In this document: positions 27,096 through 38,300 of the stretch, piece by piece
Numbering within the stretch: the stretch's first letter is position 1
Layout of the letters: each line of letters begins with the position of its first letter
Assembly: GCA_964576115.1 (NCBI GenBank)
Contig: CAZNUA010000029.1
Span: 1 to 45,352, forward strand
Source: an uncultured Gemmatimonadota bacterium
Lineage (GTDB): Bacteria > Blakebacterota > Blakebacteria > Blakebacterales > Blakebacteraceae
Direction of reading: 5' to 3'
DNA: 45,352 nucleotides
The notes under the pieces: generated by a model
Databases searched by the model: none
The model's input: the letters and a program-made list of their open reading frames with translations, nothing else
What the model was told of the DNA's origin: nothing
Program-made: the position numbers and the translations under genes

Positions 27096-27854
27096 AATCT
27101 CCAGCACGCCGGTGGTGCAGGCACTGCGGCTCTGCCCGATCGCGGTCCCGGTTCCCTGCTGTACGTCAATCGTGTCGAGAGGGATGACCTCCCGGCCGGC
27201 GGCGGCGAGAGCGTCGAGCAGGGCGGGGGAGGCATTGGCGGGCAGAAAGGCCCGATCGGTATCTCGGATCAGGGCCAGATCGTTGAGAGAATCGGCGATT
27301 CCGATGGTCGGCCTTTCACCGGCGATCCGCTCGAGACCGGTGTATTTCGAATATCCCGCGGGAACGATATCCACCGCTACATCGGAATGGGTCACCGTGA
27401 CTGCCGTGTCATAGCCGTTCTCCGCGACCAGGGTCCTGATGTGGGGATAGAGACCGGCGGGATCGGCGCCGCCCTGCTCGTTACGGGTGAAAAGGCTGAT
27501 CGTGGCCAGGCGTCGGGCGAAAAAGAGTACCCCGGGGGGCGGGTCGGCCCGCAGGATGGCGTCGAGTTCGCCGATCGGTCGGCGTTCGGATTCGCGAACC
27601 AGGATTCGTTCTGATCCCTGCTCGGCGACAACGGTTCCGGTTTCCAGGATGATGCTCTCGATGTGTTCGAGAACGGGTGCGGGAACATGCCGGTGGACGA
27701 ACTCCAGATCGTTGCCGGTGGCCAGACAGAACCGGCACCGGTCGCTGAGTTCCATCAGAGCGATCGAGAGCTGTCGGGCTCTCTGAACCGGGATGCTCCA
27801 GGTCCGGTCGAGGAGGGTACCGTGAAGATCAAGTGCAACTATAAATATATTCAT
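27018..27854 (-). CDS. HAD-superfamily hydrolase (IIB-like) with atypical motif I
   Basis: ALDLHGTLLD, LATGN, DIVPAGYSKYTGL, IADSLND, PANA. Confidence 0.8.
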   Translation of the reverse strand: MNIFIVALDLHGTLLDRTWSIPVQRARQLSIALMELSDRCRFCLATGNDLEFVHRHVPAPVLEHIESIILETGTVVAEQGSERILVRESERRPIGELDAILRADPPPGVLFFARRLATISLFTRNEQGGADPAGLYPHIRTLVAENGYDTAVTVTHSDVAVDIVPAGYSKYTGLERIAGERPTIGIADSLNDLALIRDTDRAFLPANASPALLDALAAAGREVIPLDTIDVQQGTGTAIGQSRSACTTGVLEILAFLAEYLAQDIGPVGNDRIHSEPE

Positions 27855-27911
27855 TATTTAATTGTAGTATAACATATTATGAAGATCATCAGGATGCGCT
27901 TAGTGCTCCTG

Positions 27912-28859
27912 TCAGCCGCCAATCGTGGCTTCGATCTGGACCAGAATCATGAGCAGGGCCGTCCCGTAGCTGTCATACTGAGTGCCGCCCACAACCCAGG
28001 TCGAAGAATCGTTCGGATCGAGTCCATTGGCGGGAGCGAGGATGTCGATCTGGGCCTGAACCTCGTCGAAGGACGTTTCCCCCAGCCGGAAAGCGCACTG
28101 AGCGATCGTCAGACGCAGGTCACTCCAGTCGATCGAGGCGCGCCAGGGCAGGGCCCAGCTGTCGTTGTGCGCGAGCACCGTTTCGGCCTGCACGATCGCG
28201 TCGTCCCAGGCCTGGAGATCGCGGCAGACGAAAGCCAGACCGGCGTTGGCATGCTGACCGCCCAGACCGAGACTGTTGGCCTGCTGAAAAGAGATGCGCG
28301 CGGCGTCGAGCTGGTTGAGGTACATCTGACACCAGCCTTGCCCCAGATAGGCCTGTGGCCAGGTACCGTCCCGGACTATGGCGGCTGAGAAATGCGCGAA
28401 GGCGTCATCGTACGCTTCGGCCTGGAAATCAAGCCAGCCCTGCGAGGTCTCCCACTCGGCATTGGTGGGGGTGGCGTCGGTCAGGCGGCTCATTGCGCTC
28501 TCATTGCCGGCCTCATCGACAGCCGTGACGCCGAAATAATAGGTCGCTCCGACGGTCAGATCTGTGACCAGTGTCGACGTCTCGGTCAATTCCTGGCCAT
28601 CGGTGACGAGAGAATCGGGATCGGTCCCCACGTAGAGAAGGTAATGGGAGAGATCGGACTCGATGCTTTCGAGCCAGTACACCATGACGCTGGTGTCGCT
28701 GCGCAGCGAGACCAGCAGACCTCGCACCTGGGCGGGCGGAGTCGTATCGGGCCCTGTATCCGAGCCGCAGCTCCCGAAGACGATCAGTGCCAGCAGAGCG
28801 AGCGGAAGGAGATGCCACCGCCGCGTCTGCAATCGAGAACGAATGATCTGCACGTTCAT
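27912..28859 (-). CDS. Lipoprotein with fibronectin type III and TPR domains
   Basis: GGAGG RBS, ATG 28859; hydrophobic signal with FGSC; DTTPPAQV...YYFGVTAVDEAGNES (FN3); AYLGQGW, ANAGLA (TPR). Confidence 0.8.
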   Translation of the reverse strand: MNVQIIRSRLQTRRWHLLPLALLALIVFGSCGSDTGPDTTPPAQVRGLLVSLRSDTSVMVYWLESIESDLSHYLLYVGTDPDSLVTDGQELTETSTLVTDLTVGATYYFGVTAVDEAGNESAMSRLTDATPTNAEWETSQGWLDFQAEAYDDAFAHFSAAIVRDGTWPQAYLGQGWCQMYLNQLDAARISFQQANSLGLGGQHANAGLAFVCRDLQAWDDAIVQAETVLAHNDSWALPWRASIDWSDLRLTIAQCAFRLGETSFDEVQAQIDILAPANGLDPNDSSTWVVGGTQYDSYGTALLMILVQIEATIGG

Positions 28860-28873
28860 GGCCAACCTCCTTC

Positions 28874-31800
28874 CTATCTGATGTAGAGGGCTTTTCTGGT
28901 GAAAGTCCGGCCGGCGGTACGCAGCATGACGAGATACACTCCGGTCGCTACCTCCCGGCCCGCATCGGAACGCCCGTCCCAGCGTACGGCGTGCCGGCCC
29001 GGTCCCGCAGATCCCGCAACCAGGGTTCGTACCCTCTGACCCCGCACGTTCAGGATGAAGAGTTCGACCTGCGCGGTCTGGGGCAGGGAGTAGCGGATGG
29101 TTGTCGAACCGTTGAAGGGATTGGGGTAATTCTGATCCAATCCCCAGCCGAGGACCGTTTCCCCACCCGCCTCGCCGACCAGCAGGGCGACAATGCCCAG
29201 CCGGTCGAGGGTGGCCTCGATCGTACCCCGTTCGGGATCGACCCACGATTCCAGCGGAACCCATTGGTCGCCTTCACGCCGGCAGAGGGTCAGGGCTGCC
29301 GGATCGGCCCCGGCCAGGTCATCCAGGGTCCAGCCGACCGTCAACCGGGCGGGGACGGTCAGCTGCAGGTCTGCCGGCTGGACCGACCAGATCCGGAGGA
29401 TCCGATCCTCTTCGGTTGCCGCCCCTGACTCCGCTCCCCGGCCAACCATGCGGGAGGCGCCTTCGGCGCCGCTCAACCAGGCCAGGGCCGCCTCATCCAC
29501 CCGGGTACCCAGCAGGTACTCGTCGCGGCCGACCGCTCCCGGCTCGATCGACAGGCTGGCTTCGCCACCGGGCAGTATCAGGGCACCCCCGGCGCGGGCG
29601 CTGACGAGCTGGGTGGCGACGAGGAAAGTGGAGGTGGAGTCGTTGCCGGCGAAATCGCTGGCGGCGATCGAGACTGTGAAATCGCCCGTGGCTTCCAGTT
29701 CCCAGTCGGCCACGTAGATATTGCCGCCCACGGTGGAGATCGCATCGAGGGTCAGCCCGGTGGTGTCCACCCTGGCAGTGGGCAGGGCGGGCAGGATCTC
29801 CGAGGGAACGAAGTAAAGGTCGTAGTAGGCGCGCAGGACACTCGAACGGACAGGCGCGAAGATGAACGAGGGGGCGATCGAGTCGTTTACGGCCGCAGCC
29901 GCACTCATCAGGGTACGTTCCCAGATTCCGTTGCCGTGCGTGACGGCTCGCAGCGACCAGTTCGACGGGCTCACGCTCAGATCCATGATCAGCGCTCCGG
30001 TGGGCATGCCGGCGCTGAATTCGTACCACGACTGACCGTCATCGGGGGAGAACCAGACGCCGAAATCGTTGCCGAGGTAGAGGAACTCGCGCTTGTAGGG
30101 ATCGATCGCGAAGGCCGAGGTGGGAATGTCGGGCAGCGTGCCGCCGTCCAGGTCGATCCAGGTCGCGCCGGCATCCTCGGTCTTGAACAGGTGGGAGGTG
30201 CCGAAACCGCTGAAGACGACATACGCCACGGCGGGATCCCACCAGGCCGCGGCGATATCCATGGGATAGCGGTCGGGCAGGTCGTGAGTGACGTCGGTCC
30301 AGGTACGCGCACCGTCGGTGGAGCGGAAGACTCCGGCCTCTATCGGCGGATCGGGCACGGTGGTGGCCCAGAGGATGTCCTGGTTGCGGGGATAGACCGA
30401 GATCGCCACCACCGGAGCCCCGCTCAGGGCGGCGGCCCCGGGAGCCAGCCCCCACGTCTGAGCATAGTTGGTGGTGCGCCAGACCTGGGTGCGGCCGCCG
30501 TAGATGACACCCGGGTTCGAAGGTGCCTGGCCCAGCGGGGCCACGAAACAGACCGGGTCGCCGTGACCGTACATGTCGCGGTTGGTGTTGTAGTAACTGT
30601 CTCCCCGGTTCAGAGAACGGTAAATCCTCCCGCGCTGGGATTCGCCGATGATGTAGTCGGTGTCGGTGGCATGCAGGGTGGTGGCCGCACCGTCGCCGCC
30701 GAAGATCCGCTTCCAGTCCGGCGTGCCTTCGTACAACACCGTGCTGTTGTCCTGCAGGCCCCCGATGGCCAGATCGGGGGTGAGCCGGTGGGAACTGAAA
30801 CCGGCATAGAACTGGGTGGTTTGATACCCGCCGTTGTACGAACGGAATGATTCCGCGAAGGTTTCGCTTTTGAATACTCCGCCATCGGTGCCCAGGAAGA
30901 TCGTATTCGGTGCTGTCGGATGCCGGGCAAAATTGTGGTGATCGCCATGGCTGTAGTCGGCGGGTCCCTCCTCTCCACCGGCAGGGGTCGATACCCCGTA
31001 GTTCCAATGCCACCAGACCGATTTGCGGGTGAAAGTCCGGCCGCCATCGGTTGATTTGTAGGTGTCTACGCCCGACACAACGACTTTGGAGGAATCAGCT
31101 GGATGGACGATCACAAAGTGTGAAAACCACCCCTGGTATTTTGCGATTTCGTTGTATCCGTGATAAGGGTTGCCGTCGCCGTTGTCATCCAGAGCGTCGT
31201 AACAGCAGCCCCCATCGCCTTTGATGTTGTTCGTGAGCAATTCCCACGTGTCGCCGTAGTCCAGACTGCGGTAGAGCCCGACGCCGGTCCAGTCCTCGTC
31301 ACTGAACATGTTGGCCACGTCGGCATAGAGCACGTTCGGTGCGGACTGGTAGATATCGAGCAACGTTTTGCCCGTCCAGGTTGCAGGCAGACCGCTGCCC
31401 CCCAGGTTCAGCTGGGTCCAGGTATCACCGCCGTTAAAGGAGCGGTAGATGCCGATCTGCCCGCTGGGGGTGTCGAGGTTGCCGCAGGAGACATAGAGAG
31501 TGTCGGAGTGAACCGGATCGACGGCCACATCCACCGCCATGTCGACATCGAGCACGTTCTGCCAGCTGGCGCCGTCGTCGATCGAACGATAGAGCCCGTC
31601 GCTGGTCCCGGCCCAGATCCGGGAGGTGTCGAAGGGGTCGATGACGATATCGAGCACCCCCCGGCGCTGGTCGTACGACCAGTCGAGACTCTTGGTCCAG
31701 GTGACCCCGCCGTCTGTGGTCTTGAGGATCCCGATCCCGTACGAGCCCCGGGTGGTACGGATGTAGATGCTCCCCATAGAATCGTCACGGTTGTAGACTT

Positions 31801-32368
31801 CGCCGGTACCGGCATAGACGACCGATGTGTCGCCCGGATCGATCGCGATGGCGTTCACGCCCAGCACCGGGAAACCGGTCTCGATGTAGTGCCAGGCCCG
31901 CGAACCGATGCCGCCGGTGTCGGTGCGCCAGAGTCCTCCCGAAGCCGCTCCGGCCCAGATGATCTCCGTATTCTTCGGATTCACGGCCAGCGAGATGGTC
32001 CGGCCGCCGACGTTCTTCGGACCCAGGGCGGTCCAGGGATCGGGTTCGGGGTGACCGCCGATATCGGCCCCGGCGGTTCGGCGACCGGCGCGGTGTAGGG
32101 TGGGGGCAATCGCCTCGAATTCCTGCATGTAGCGTGCGGCAGGGATGTCGGGTTCGGGGTAGGCCCGCTGCAGGGTCATGAACTGCAGAGCGGCCATGGC
32201 GTCGCTGGGAGGATTCTCGAGCGGATCCCGGGCAGGATCGCGATCCGGGTGCAGGACTCCGGCGGCGAGCAGAGCCATCAGGACCAGGGCGCCCCCGAGC
32301 AGATGTCGTGGAAGGATACGCAAGGGGTGACGGGGAACGCGAAAAGGATGGTATGGGCGATCCGGCAT
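28874..32368 (-). CDS. Large secreted BNR/Asp-box (VPS10/YCF48-like) beta-propeller protein with C-terminal FlgD-Ig/T9SS-like domain
   Basis: WTALGPKNVGGR; many SxDxGxTW Asp-boxes; GGLQDN; C-terminal LDQNYPNPFNGSTTIRY...WDGRSDAGREVATGVYL. Confidence 0.85.
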   Translation of the reverse strand: MPDRPYHPFRVPRHPLRILPRHLLGGALVLMALLAAGVLHPDRDPARDPLENPPSDAMAALQFMTLQRAYPEPDIPAARYMQEFEAIAPTLHRAGRRTAGADIGGHPEPDPWTALGPKNVGGRTISLAVNPKNTEIIWAGAASGGLWRTDTGGIGSRAWHYIETGFPVLGVNAIAIDPGDTSVVYAGTGEVYNRDDSMGSIYIRTTRGSYGIGILKTTDGGVTWTKSLDWSYDQRRGVLDIVIDPFDTSRIWAGTSDGLYRSIDDGASWQNVLDVDMAVDVAVDPVHSDTLYVSCGNLDTPSGQIGIYRSFNGGDTWTQLNLGGSGLPATWTGKTLLDIYQSAPNVLYADVANMFSDEDWTGVGLYRSLDYGDTWELLTNNIKGDGGCCYDALDDNGDGNPYHGYNEIAKYQGWFSHFVIVHPADSSKVVVSGVDTYKSTDGGRTFTRKSVWWHWNYGVSTPAGGEEGPADYSHGDHHNFARHPTAPNTIFLGTDGGVFKSETFAESFRSYNGGYQTTQFYAGFSSHRLTPDLAIGGLQDNSTVLYEGTPDWKRIFGGDGAATTLHATDTDYIIGESQRGRIYRSLNRGDSYYNTNRDMYGHGDPVCFVAPLGQAPSNPGVIYGGRTQVWRTTNYAQTWGLAPGAAALSGAPVVAISVYPRNQDILWATTVPDPPIEAGVFRSTDGARTWTDVTHDLPDRYPMDIAAAWWDPAVAYVVFSGFGTSHLFKTEDAGATWIDLDGGTLPDIPTSAFAIDPYKREFLYLGNDFGVWFSPDDGQSWYEFSAGMPTGALIMDLSVSPSNWSLRAVTHGNGIWERTLMSAAAAVNDSIAPSFIFAPVRSSVLRAYYDLYFVPSEILPALPTARVDTTGLTLDAISTVGGNIYVADWELEATGDFTVSIAASDFAGNDSTSTFLVATQLVSARAGGALILPGGEASLSIEPGAVGRDEYLLGTRVDEAALAWLSGAEGASRMVGRGAESGAATEEDRILRIWSVQPADLQLTVPARLTVGWTLDDLAGADPAALTLCRREGDQWVPLESWVDPERGTIEATLDRLGIVALLVGEAGGETVLGWGLDQNYPNPFNGSTTIRYSLPQTAQVELFILNVRGQRVRTLVAGSAGPGRHAVRWDGRSDAGREVATGVYLVMLRTAGRTFTRKALYIR

Positions 32369-32595
32369 CTTTGGTCACCTGGGTGTTTGTGCGAACGCGT
32401 ACGCTCGTCGGGTGAGGGCCACCTGATGATACATCCGATCTCCAGTCTGTTCCAGCGCGTGGCTGACAGTTCCAGCCTGTGGCTGACAGGGTGTCATTCC
32501 TGCAAGGAAGACGCACTGGCCGGACAATATGTATATAAGCAGTTTCATTAATATATGTTTCATTTCACATAGGTATTGTTGCGACGACAGTACCG

Positions 32596-32652
32596 TCATG
32601 AAGGATCTGTCAGGAAGGATCTTTCATGAAGGATCTGTCCGGAGAGATCCTG
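32596..32652 (+). repeat. About 4 x 14-bp tandem repeat in divergent promoter region
   Basis: tcatgaaggatctg/tcaggaaggatctt/tcatgaaggatctg/tccggagagatcctg. Confidence 0.8.
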
Positions 32653-32786
32653 TCCGCTCGGAATCGGTGGATACGAATATTTCACAGCTTTTATTTTAGG
32701 AGTGCGAACAATAGCGTCAGGGTGTATATTAGTAACAGTATTGGTTACGAATAATTCTCCGCACCAACCTGACCGGAGGGCCGGGT

Positions 32787-34262
32787 ATGAGGTTGAGAGC
32801 TCTGAAGCCAGTCATCGTGGGGTCGATGTCCGTCCTGCTTCTGGTCGCTTCTACGTTGCCTGTCGGAGGGCAGGAAGTGACGGGAACGGAGGTGCGGCGG
32901 ATCACCCTGGAAGAGAGCATCGTCCTGGGATTGGAGCGTAACCGCAGTGTGGCCGACGCCCGCCTGGCTCTGGATGTAGCAGAACGGCAGGTCTCCGAAG
33001 CCCGCGGACAGGCTCTGCCAACCGTGACGGGTAACGTCAACCTGACCCATAACCTGACCCCGTTGGAGTCGTTCCTGCCCAAGAGGTTCGTGGATCCCTC
33101 CGCCGGCGAAGATGACTTCTTCAAAATCAGATTCGGCTCCGACAGCAACTGGAACGGGGGCATCACCCTAGATCAGCCGCTCTTCGACTACACTGTTATC
33201 ATCGGCTTACAGGTGGTGGGTACGGCCCGCCAGCTGGCCGGAGAGAGCGTGCGCGGCACCGCTCATCAGGTCGCGACCGATATCCGCCGGGCCTACTACG
33301 GGGTGCTGCTGGCCCGCGAGAGCCGTCAGCTGACCGAGAACAGCGTCCAGCGCCTGCGCCAGACCCTGGCCGAGACCCGGGCCCGCCGGGAAGCCGGCCT
33401 GGCCAGCGAATACGATGTTCTGCGTCTGGAGGTCGAGCTGGGCAACCTCGAACCTCAGCTGCGTCGTTCAGACGACACTCTCGAAGCCGCCCGCCGCGCT
33501 CTGGCGCTCCTGATCGGACTCGATGTGGATACCCCCTTCGAACCGGCCGGCAGTCTGATGGAGCTGGATGTCGAAGCCCGCCGGGCCTCATCACCGGCGT
33601 CCGAGTCCCTGCTCACCGTAGCCGGCCTGCCCGAAGCACCGGCCCTGGGCTATGAAGCGGTACTAAGCGGCAGCTACGACGAACGCTCCGATCTCAGGCG
33701 AATGCGAATAAATCGCCAGCTCGCCCGGGCCCAGATGCAGGTCTCGCGCTCGCAGTACCTGCCGACTCTGTCGGGTTTCTATTCCTGGTCGGTGACGGCC
33801 CAGGACGACGGCCGTCTCGATTTCTTCGGTGAGGACGCCGATCGGAGGACCTCGCTGCAGCAGGTCGGCATGGCTCTGCGAGTGCCGCTCTTCAACGGTT
33901 TTCGCACCCGGGCGGTGGTTCAGCAGAGCCTGCTGGGAATCGAACGGGTGGACACACAGCTCGAACTGCTGCGCGAAGCGGCCGCCAACGAGGTGCGGGC
34001 ACACCTGAACAGTCTCGAAGAGACCCGGGCCCGCGCCCTGGTTCAGGCCCGCAGCGTCGAGCAGGCCCGAACCGGTTTCGAGATCGTTTCGGTCCGGTAC
34101 AGCGAAGGTGTGGCCAGCCGCCTGGAGGTCGTTGATGCCGAGAACGCCCTGCGGCTGGCGGAATTCAACTATGCCCAGGCGGTCTATGACCATCTGGTCG
34201 CCCAGGCAGACCTGGATCTGGCCGCCGGCCGGGTTCCCTTTGTAGACGAGGTGCTCCGATGA
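32787..34262 (+). CDS. TolC family outer membrane efflux protein
   Basis: Signal peptide, ITLEESIVLGLERN, QPLFD, AYYGVLLA, VPLFNGF, RYSEGVASRLEVVDAE. Confidence 0.92.
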   Translation: MRLRALKPVIVGSMSVLLLVASTLPVGGQEVTGTEVRRITLEESIVLGLERNRSVADARLALDVAERQVSEARGQALPTVTGNVNLTHNLTPLESFLPKRFVDPSAGEDDFFKIRFGSDSNWNGGITLDQPLFDYTVIIGLQVVGTARQLAGESVRGTAHQVATDIRRAYYGVLLARESRQLTENSVQRLRQTLAETRARREAGLASEYDVLRLEVELGNLEPQLRRSDDTLEAARRALALLIGLDVDTPFEPAGSLMELDVEARRASSPASESLLTVAGLPEAPALGYEAVLSGSYDERSDLRRMRINRQLARAQMQVSRSQYLPTLSGFYSWSVTAQDDGRLDFFGEDADRRTSLQQVGMALRVPLFNGFRTRAVVQQSLLGIERVDTQLELLREAAANEVRAHLNSLEETRARALVQARSVEQARTGFEIVSVRYSEGVASRLEVVDAENALRLAEFNYAQAVYDHLVAQADLDLAAGRVPFVDEVLR

Positions 34263-35395
34263 GAGAACGAACCGCGGAACTCAATCTGAACCGGGAACGG
34301 TACCGGACAGTCATGCTGCCGCTCGTTCTGCTGCTCGGTCTGGCCGCCACGCTCGCTTCGGCCTGCAGCCCGCCGGCCGAGACGGCGGGAGCGTCCGAAG
34401 AATACGTACGGGTGGTGAACGTGCAGGTCTACGAGGTCGTCCCCGAGACCTTCGCGGCGACCATCAGTGTGACCGGTTCGGTCGAGGCCCTGCACGATGT
34501 CACCATCGTCAGCGAGGAGGGTGGAGTGGTCGAGGAGTTCCTGGTCGAGCGGGGAGCTCGGGTGATCCGGGGGCAGCCGATCGCCCGCATGGACGCCGAG
34601 ATTCTCGAGGCCCAGATCGAGGAAGCCCGTTCCGCCGCCCAGCTGGCCAGCGAGACCTGGGACCGGCAGCGTCGCCTCTGGGAAGACCAGGAGATCGGGA
34701 CCGAACTGGCGTACATTCAGGCCCGCGAGAACGCCCGCATGCGGGCCGCCTCGGTCCGCACCCTGGAGACGCGGCTGGGCAAGAAGACCATCAGTGCCCC
34801 CGTGGACGGCACTTTCGAGGAGTACTACGTCGAGCCCGGCGAGTATGCTCTGCCGGCGGCTCCCTTTGCGCGTTTCGTCTCGATCGACGAGGTCAAGATC
34901 ACCGGCGGAGTTCCGGAGCGATTTTCTTCGCAGGTCCGGGTGGGAACCCGGGTGGAACTCTCTTTCGAGAACTGTCCCGAGCAGGGCTGTGTCGAGGAGG
35001 TCATCTTCGTCGGTGACATCATCGATCCCGACAACCGCACTTTTCTGATCGAGATGCGCCACGACAATCCCGGGCGGGTCCTCAAGCCGGGCATGGTCGC
35101 CACCCTGACGATAAAATTGCAGGAGACGCCCGAGGCCCTGGTCATCCCGCGCGAGGCCGTGATGCGGGTCGAAAGCGGCTATGAGATCTACGTCGTCGAG
35201 GAGGTCGAGGGACGGTTGACGGCTCGGGCCCGGGCCGTGACCCTGGGGCCCAGCCGGGAAGACCGGATCGTGGTCAGCGAGGGGCTTCGCGCCGGCGATC
35301 GGGTCGTGACGGTCGGCCAGCTCAGACTCGCCGACGGCGACCTGGTCCGGATCGTCGACGGCAACGGTGAGGTCGCGGAAAGGTCCGACCGATGA
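34259..35395 (+). CDS. RND efflux periplasmic adaptor (MFP) lipoprotein
   Basis: ASAC lipobox, ISAPVDG, LKPGM, IPREAV, GLRAGDRVVTVG; start may be later than 34259. Confidence 0.9.
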   Translation: MRERTAELNLNRERYRTVMLPLVLLLGLAATLASACSPPAETAGASEEYVRVVNVQVYEVVPETFAATISVTGSVEALHDVTIVSEEGGVVEEFLVERGARVIRGQPIARMDAEILEAQIEEARSAAQLASETWDRQRRLWEDQEIGTELAYIQARENARMRAASVRTLETRLGKKTISAPVDGTFEEYYVEPGEYALPAAPFARFVSIDEVKITGGVPERFSSQVRVGTRVELSFENCPEQGCVEEVIFVGDIIDPDNRTFLIEMRHDNPGRVLKPGMVATLTIKLQETPEALVIPREAVMRVESGYEIYVVEEVEGRLTARARAVTLGPSREDRIVVSEGLRAGDRVVTVGQLRLADGDLVRIVDGNGEVAERSDR

Positions 35396-38300
35396 CGGGC
35401 GCCGCCAACTCCGGCTCGGGTCGCAGCGGCGGCTCCGAGCGCAGTTCCGGCAGCACGCCCGGTGATGGAACTGCCCGTAGCGACGGCCGCGAACTGAGCG
35501 CCTACAAGGAGTTCGCCCTCACCTCGCTGGCGATCCGTAATCCCACCAGCGTGCTGATGCTGATCGCGATCGTCGTTGTCATGGGTATCAGCTCCTACCT
35601 GCGCATTCCCAAGGAGTCGAGCCCCGAGATCACCATCCCCAACGTCGTCGTAAGCACCTTCTACGCCGGGGCCTCGCCCGATGACGTCGAGAGCCTGGTG
35701 ACCCGGCCGCTGGAGCGCGAGCTATCCACCATCGGGGAGGTGAAGACCATCACCAGCACCTCCTCGGAGAGCGTCTCCTCGATCAACGTCGAATTCGAGG
35801 CCGGTTCCGACATGGACGAGGCCCTGCAGAGTGTGCGCGAGAAGGTCGATCTGGCCCGACCCGATCTGCCCGAGGAGGTCGACGAGCCGCGGGTGGTCGA
35901 GATCAACTTCTCCGACTTCCCGATCATGCAGGTCAACATCTCGGGTTCCTACAGCCAGGTGCGACTCAAGGAACTGGCCGAGGACCTGCAGGACCGTATC
36001 GAAGGTATCCCGATGGTGCTCGAGGCAGCTCTCTCGGGCGGGGTGGAGCGCGAGGTTCAGGTCAACGTCGACCTGCCCATGCTCAAGTACTACAACCTGA
36101 CCTTTTCTGACGTGGTTTTCGCCATCCAGGGCGAGAACGTCACCATTCCCGGCGGTTCGATCGATGTCGGGCATCTGAAATATCTCGTCCGCGTGCCGGG
36201 GGAGTTCACCGAGACGACCCTGATCGAGGAAATCGTCATCGATACTCCCGGCGACCGGCCGGTCTACGTGCGCGATGTGGCCGAGGTGGATTTCGCTTTC
36301 AAGGAGCGCTCCTCCTACGCCCGCATGGACGGCACACCGGTGGTGACCCTGAGCGTGAGCAAGCGGGCGGGGGAGAACATCATCGAGACCTCCGAGGCGG
36401 TCAAGGCGGCCATCGAGGCGATGCGCCCCGAGTTCCCGCCCTCGACCCGGGTCACGGTGACCAGCGATCAGTCCGAGTACATCGAGGATATGGTCGCCAA
36501 CCTGGAGAACAGCATCATCTCGGGTCTGATCCTGGTGGTGGCGGTCCTGCTCTTCTTCCTCGGGGTCGGTAATGCCCTCTTCGTCGGGCTCGCCATCCCG
36601 CTTTCGATGCTACTCTCCTTCATCATCATGGATCTGGCTGGTATGACGATGAACATGATCGTCCTCTTCAGCCTGATCCTGGCTCTGGGGATGCTGGTCG
36701 ACAATGCCATCGTGCTGGTCGAGAACATCTACCGCTTCATGGAGGAGGGATTCGATCGCAAGATGGCCGCCCGCAAGGCCGCCGGTGAGGTGGCCGTACC
36801 GGTCATCGCCGCCACGGCCACGACCCTGGCGGCTTTTCTGCCGCTGGCTTTCTGGCCGGGCATCGTTGGCGAATTCATGGGTTATCTGCCCAAGACTCTG
36901 ATCATCACCCTGAGTTCATCGCTCTTTGTGGCCCTGGTCATCAACCCGACGCTGGCATCGCTCTTCATGCGGCTCGAAGGGGCGCCGCGTCACCGGATGA
37001 CCCGCGGTATGCGCCTGCTCGTCATCGGCGGCTCGGTTCTTCTGATTCTTGCTGTCATGAGCGCCAACCTGGTCACGGGAGCCCTTCTGCTTGCAACCGG
37101 GGTGCTGCTCTTCGGTCTTTACCGGTTCGTCTTCAAACCGTTCACCGCCATCTTCCTGAACCGGATCCTGCCCTGGATGCTCCGCATCTATGAGCGCCAG
37201 CTGCGCTGGGCGCTCGAGCACCGCGGTCTGACTCTCGGGAGCACGGTCGGGGTCTTCATACTGAGTTTCGTGCTCTTCGGCGCCTTCTCGAACGGGGTGG
37301 AGTTCTTCCCCGAGGGCGTGCCCCCCGATCAGCTGTACGTCCAGCTCGAGGCCCCGATCGGCTCGCGGGTCGATTTCACCGACCGGCTGGTCCGCAGGGT
37401 AGAGACCGAAGTCGCCGAACTTCCCGGCCAGGCCGATTTCGAGTCGGTGGTGGCCACGGTGGGGCAGCAGCAGGGCGGCTTAGGCGGAGGGAATTCAGAA
37501 CATCTGGCCACCGTCTCCATCAGCCTGGTTGATTTCGAGCAGCGCCAGCGCGACGCCTTCGAGACCCTGGAATCGATGCGCAGTGTCATCGGCCAGAACC
37601 TGGCCGGGGCCGAGGTCAGCATCGAGAGCCCCGACATGGGGCCGCCGACAGGCCTGCCGATCGTGATCGAGGTGAGCGGGCCCGATGCCACGGTCCTCAA
37701 GGCGATGGGCGAGGAACTGGTGGACCGGCTCGAGAACTCACCGGTCGGTCCCAAGCTCGACGGGCTGGAGAGCGATCTCTCGACCGGGCGCCCGGAGCTG
37801 GTGGTCGAGGTCGACCGGGAACGGGCGGCCCTGTTCGGGTTGAGTACCAACATGATCGGCTTCGAAGTGCGCAACGCCATCAACGGCGTCGAGGCCAGCA
37901 CCTTCCGGGACGGCCAGGAGGAGTACGATGTGATCGTCCGGCTCTCCGAGCAGTACCGGCGCGATCTGGATGCTCTGTCCGATTTGACCGTGATGGCCGA
38001 CGGCACGGCGGTGCCGCTCTCTTCGGTCGCCGAGTGGCGGGTCGGCGAGGGGTACGGGAGCATCAACCGCAAGGATCAGGACCGGGTGGTGACCATTTCG
38101 AGCGATGTGCGCAGCGGCTACCAGGCCAACGCCGTCCTCTTTGAAGTCATGCGGCTCATCCGTCCCTGGCAGGAGTCCCTGCCGGTCGGGTACAGCCTGA
38201 GTTACGCCGGCCAGAACGAGTTCCAGGGCGAGGCCCAGGACTTCCTGAGCCAGGCTTTTCTGATTGCCCTGTTCCTGATCGCCTTCATCCTGATCAGCCA

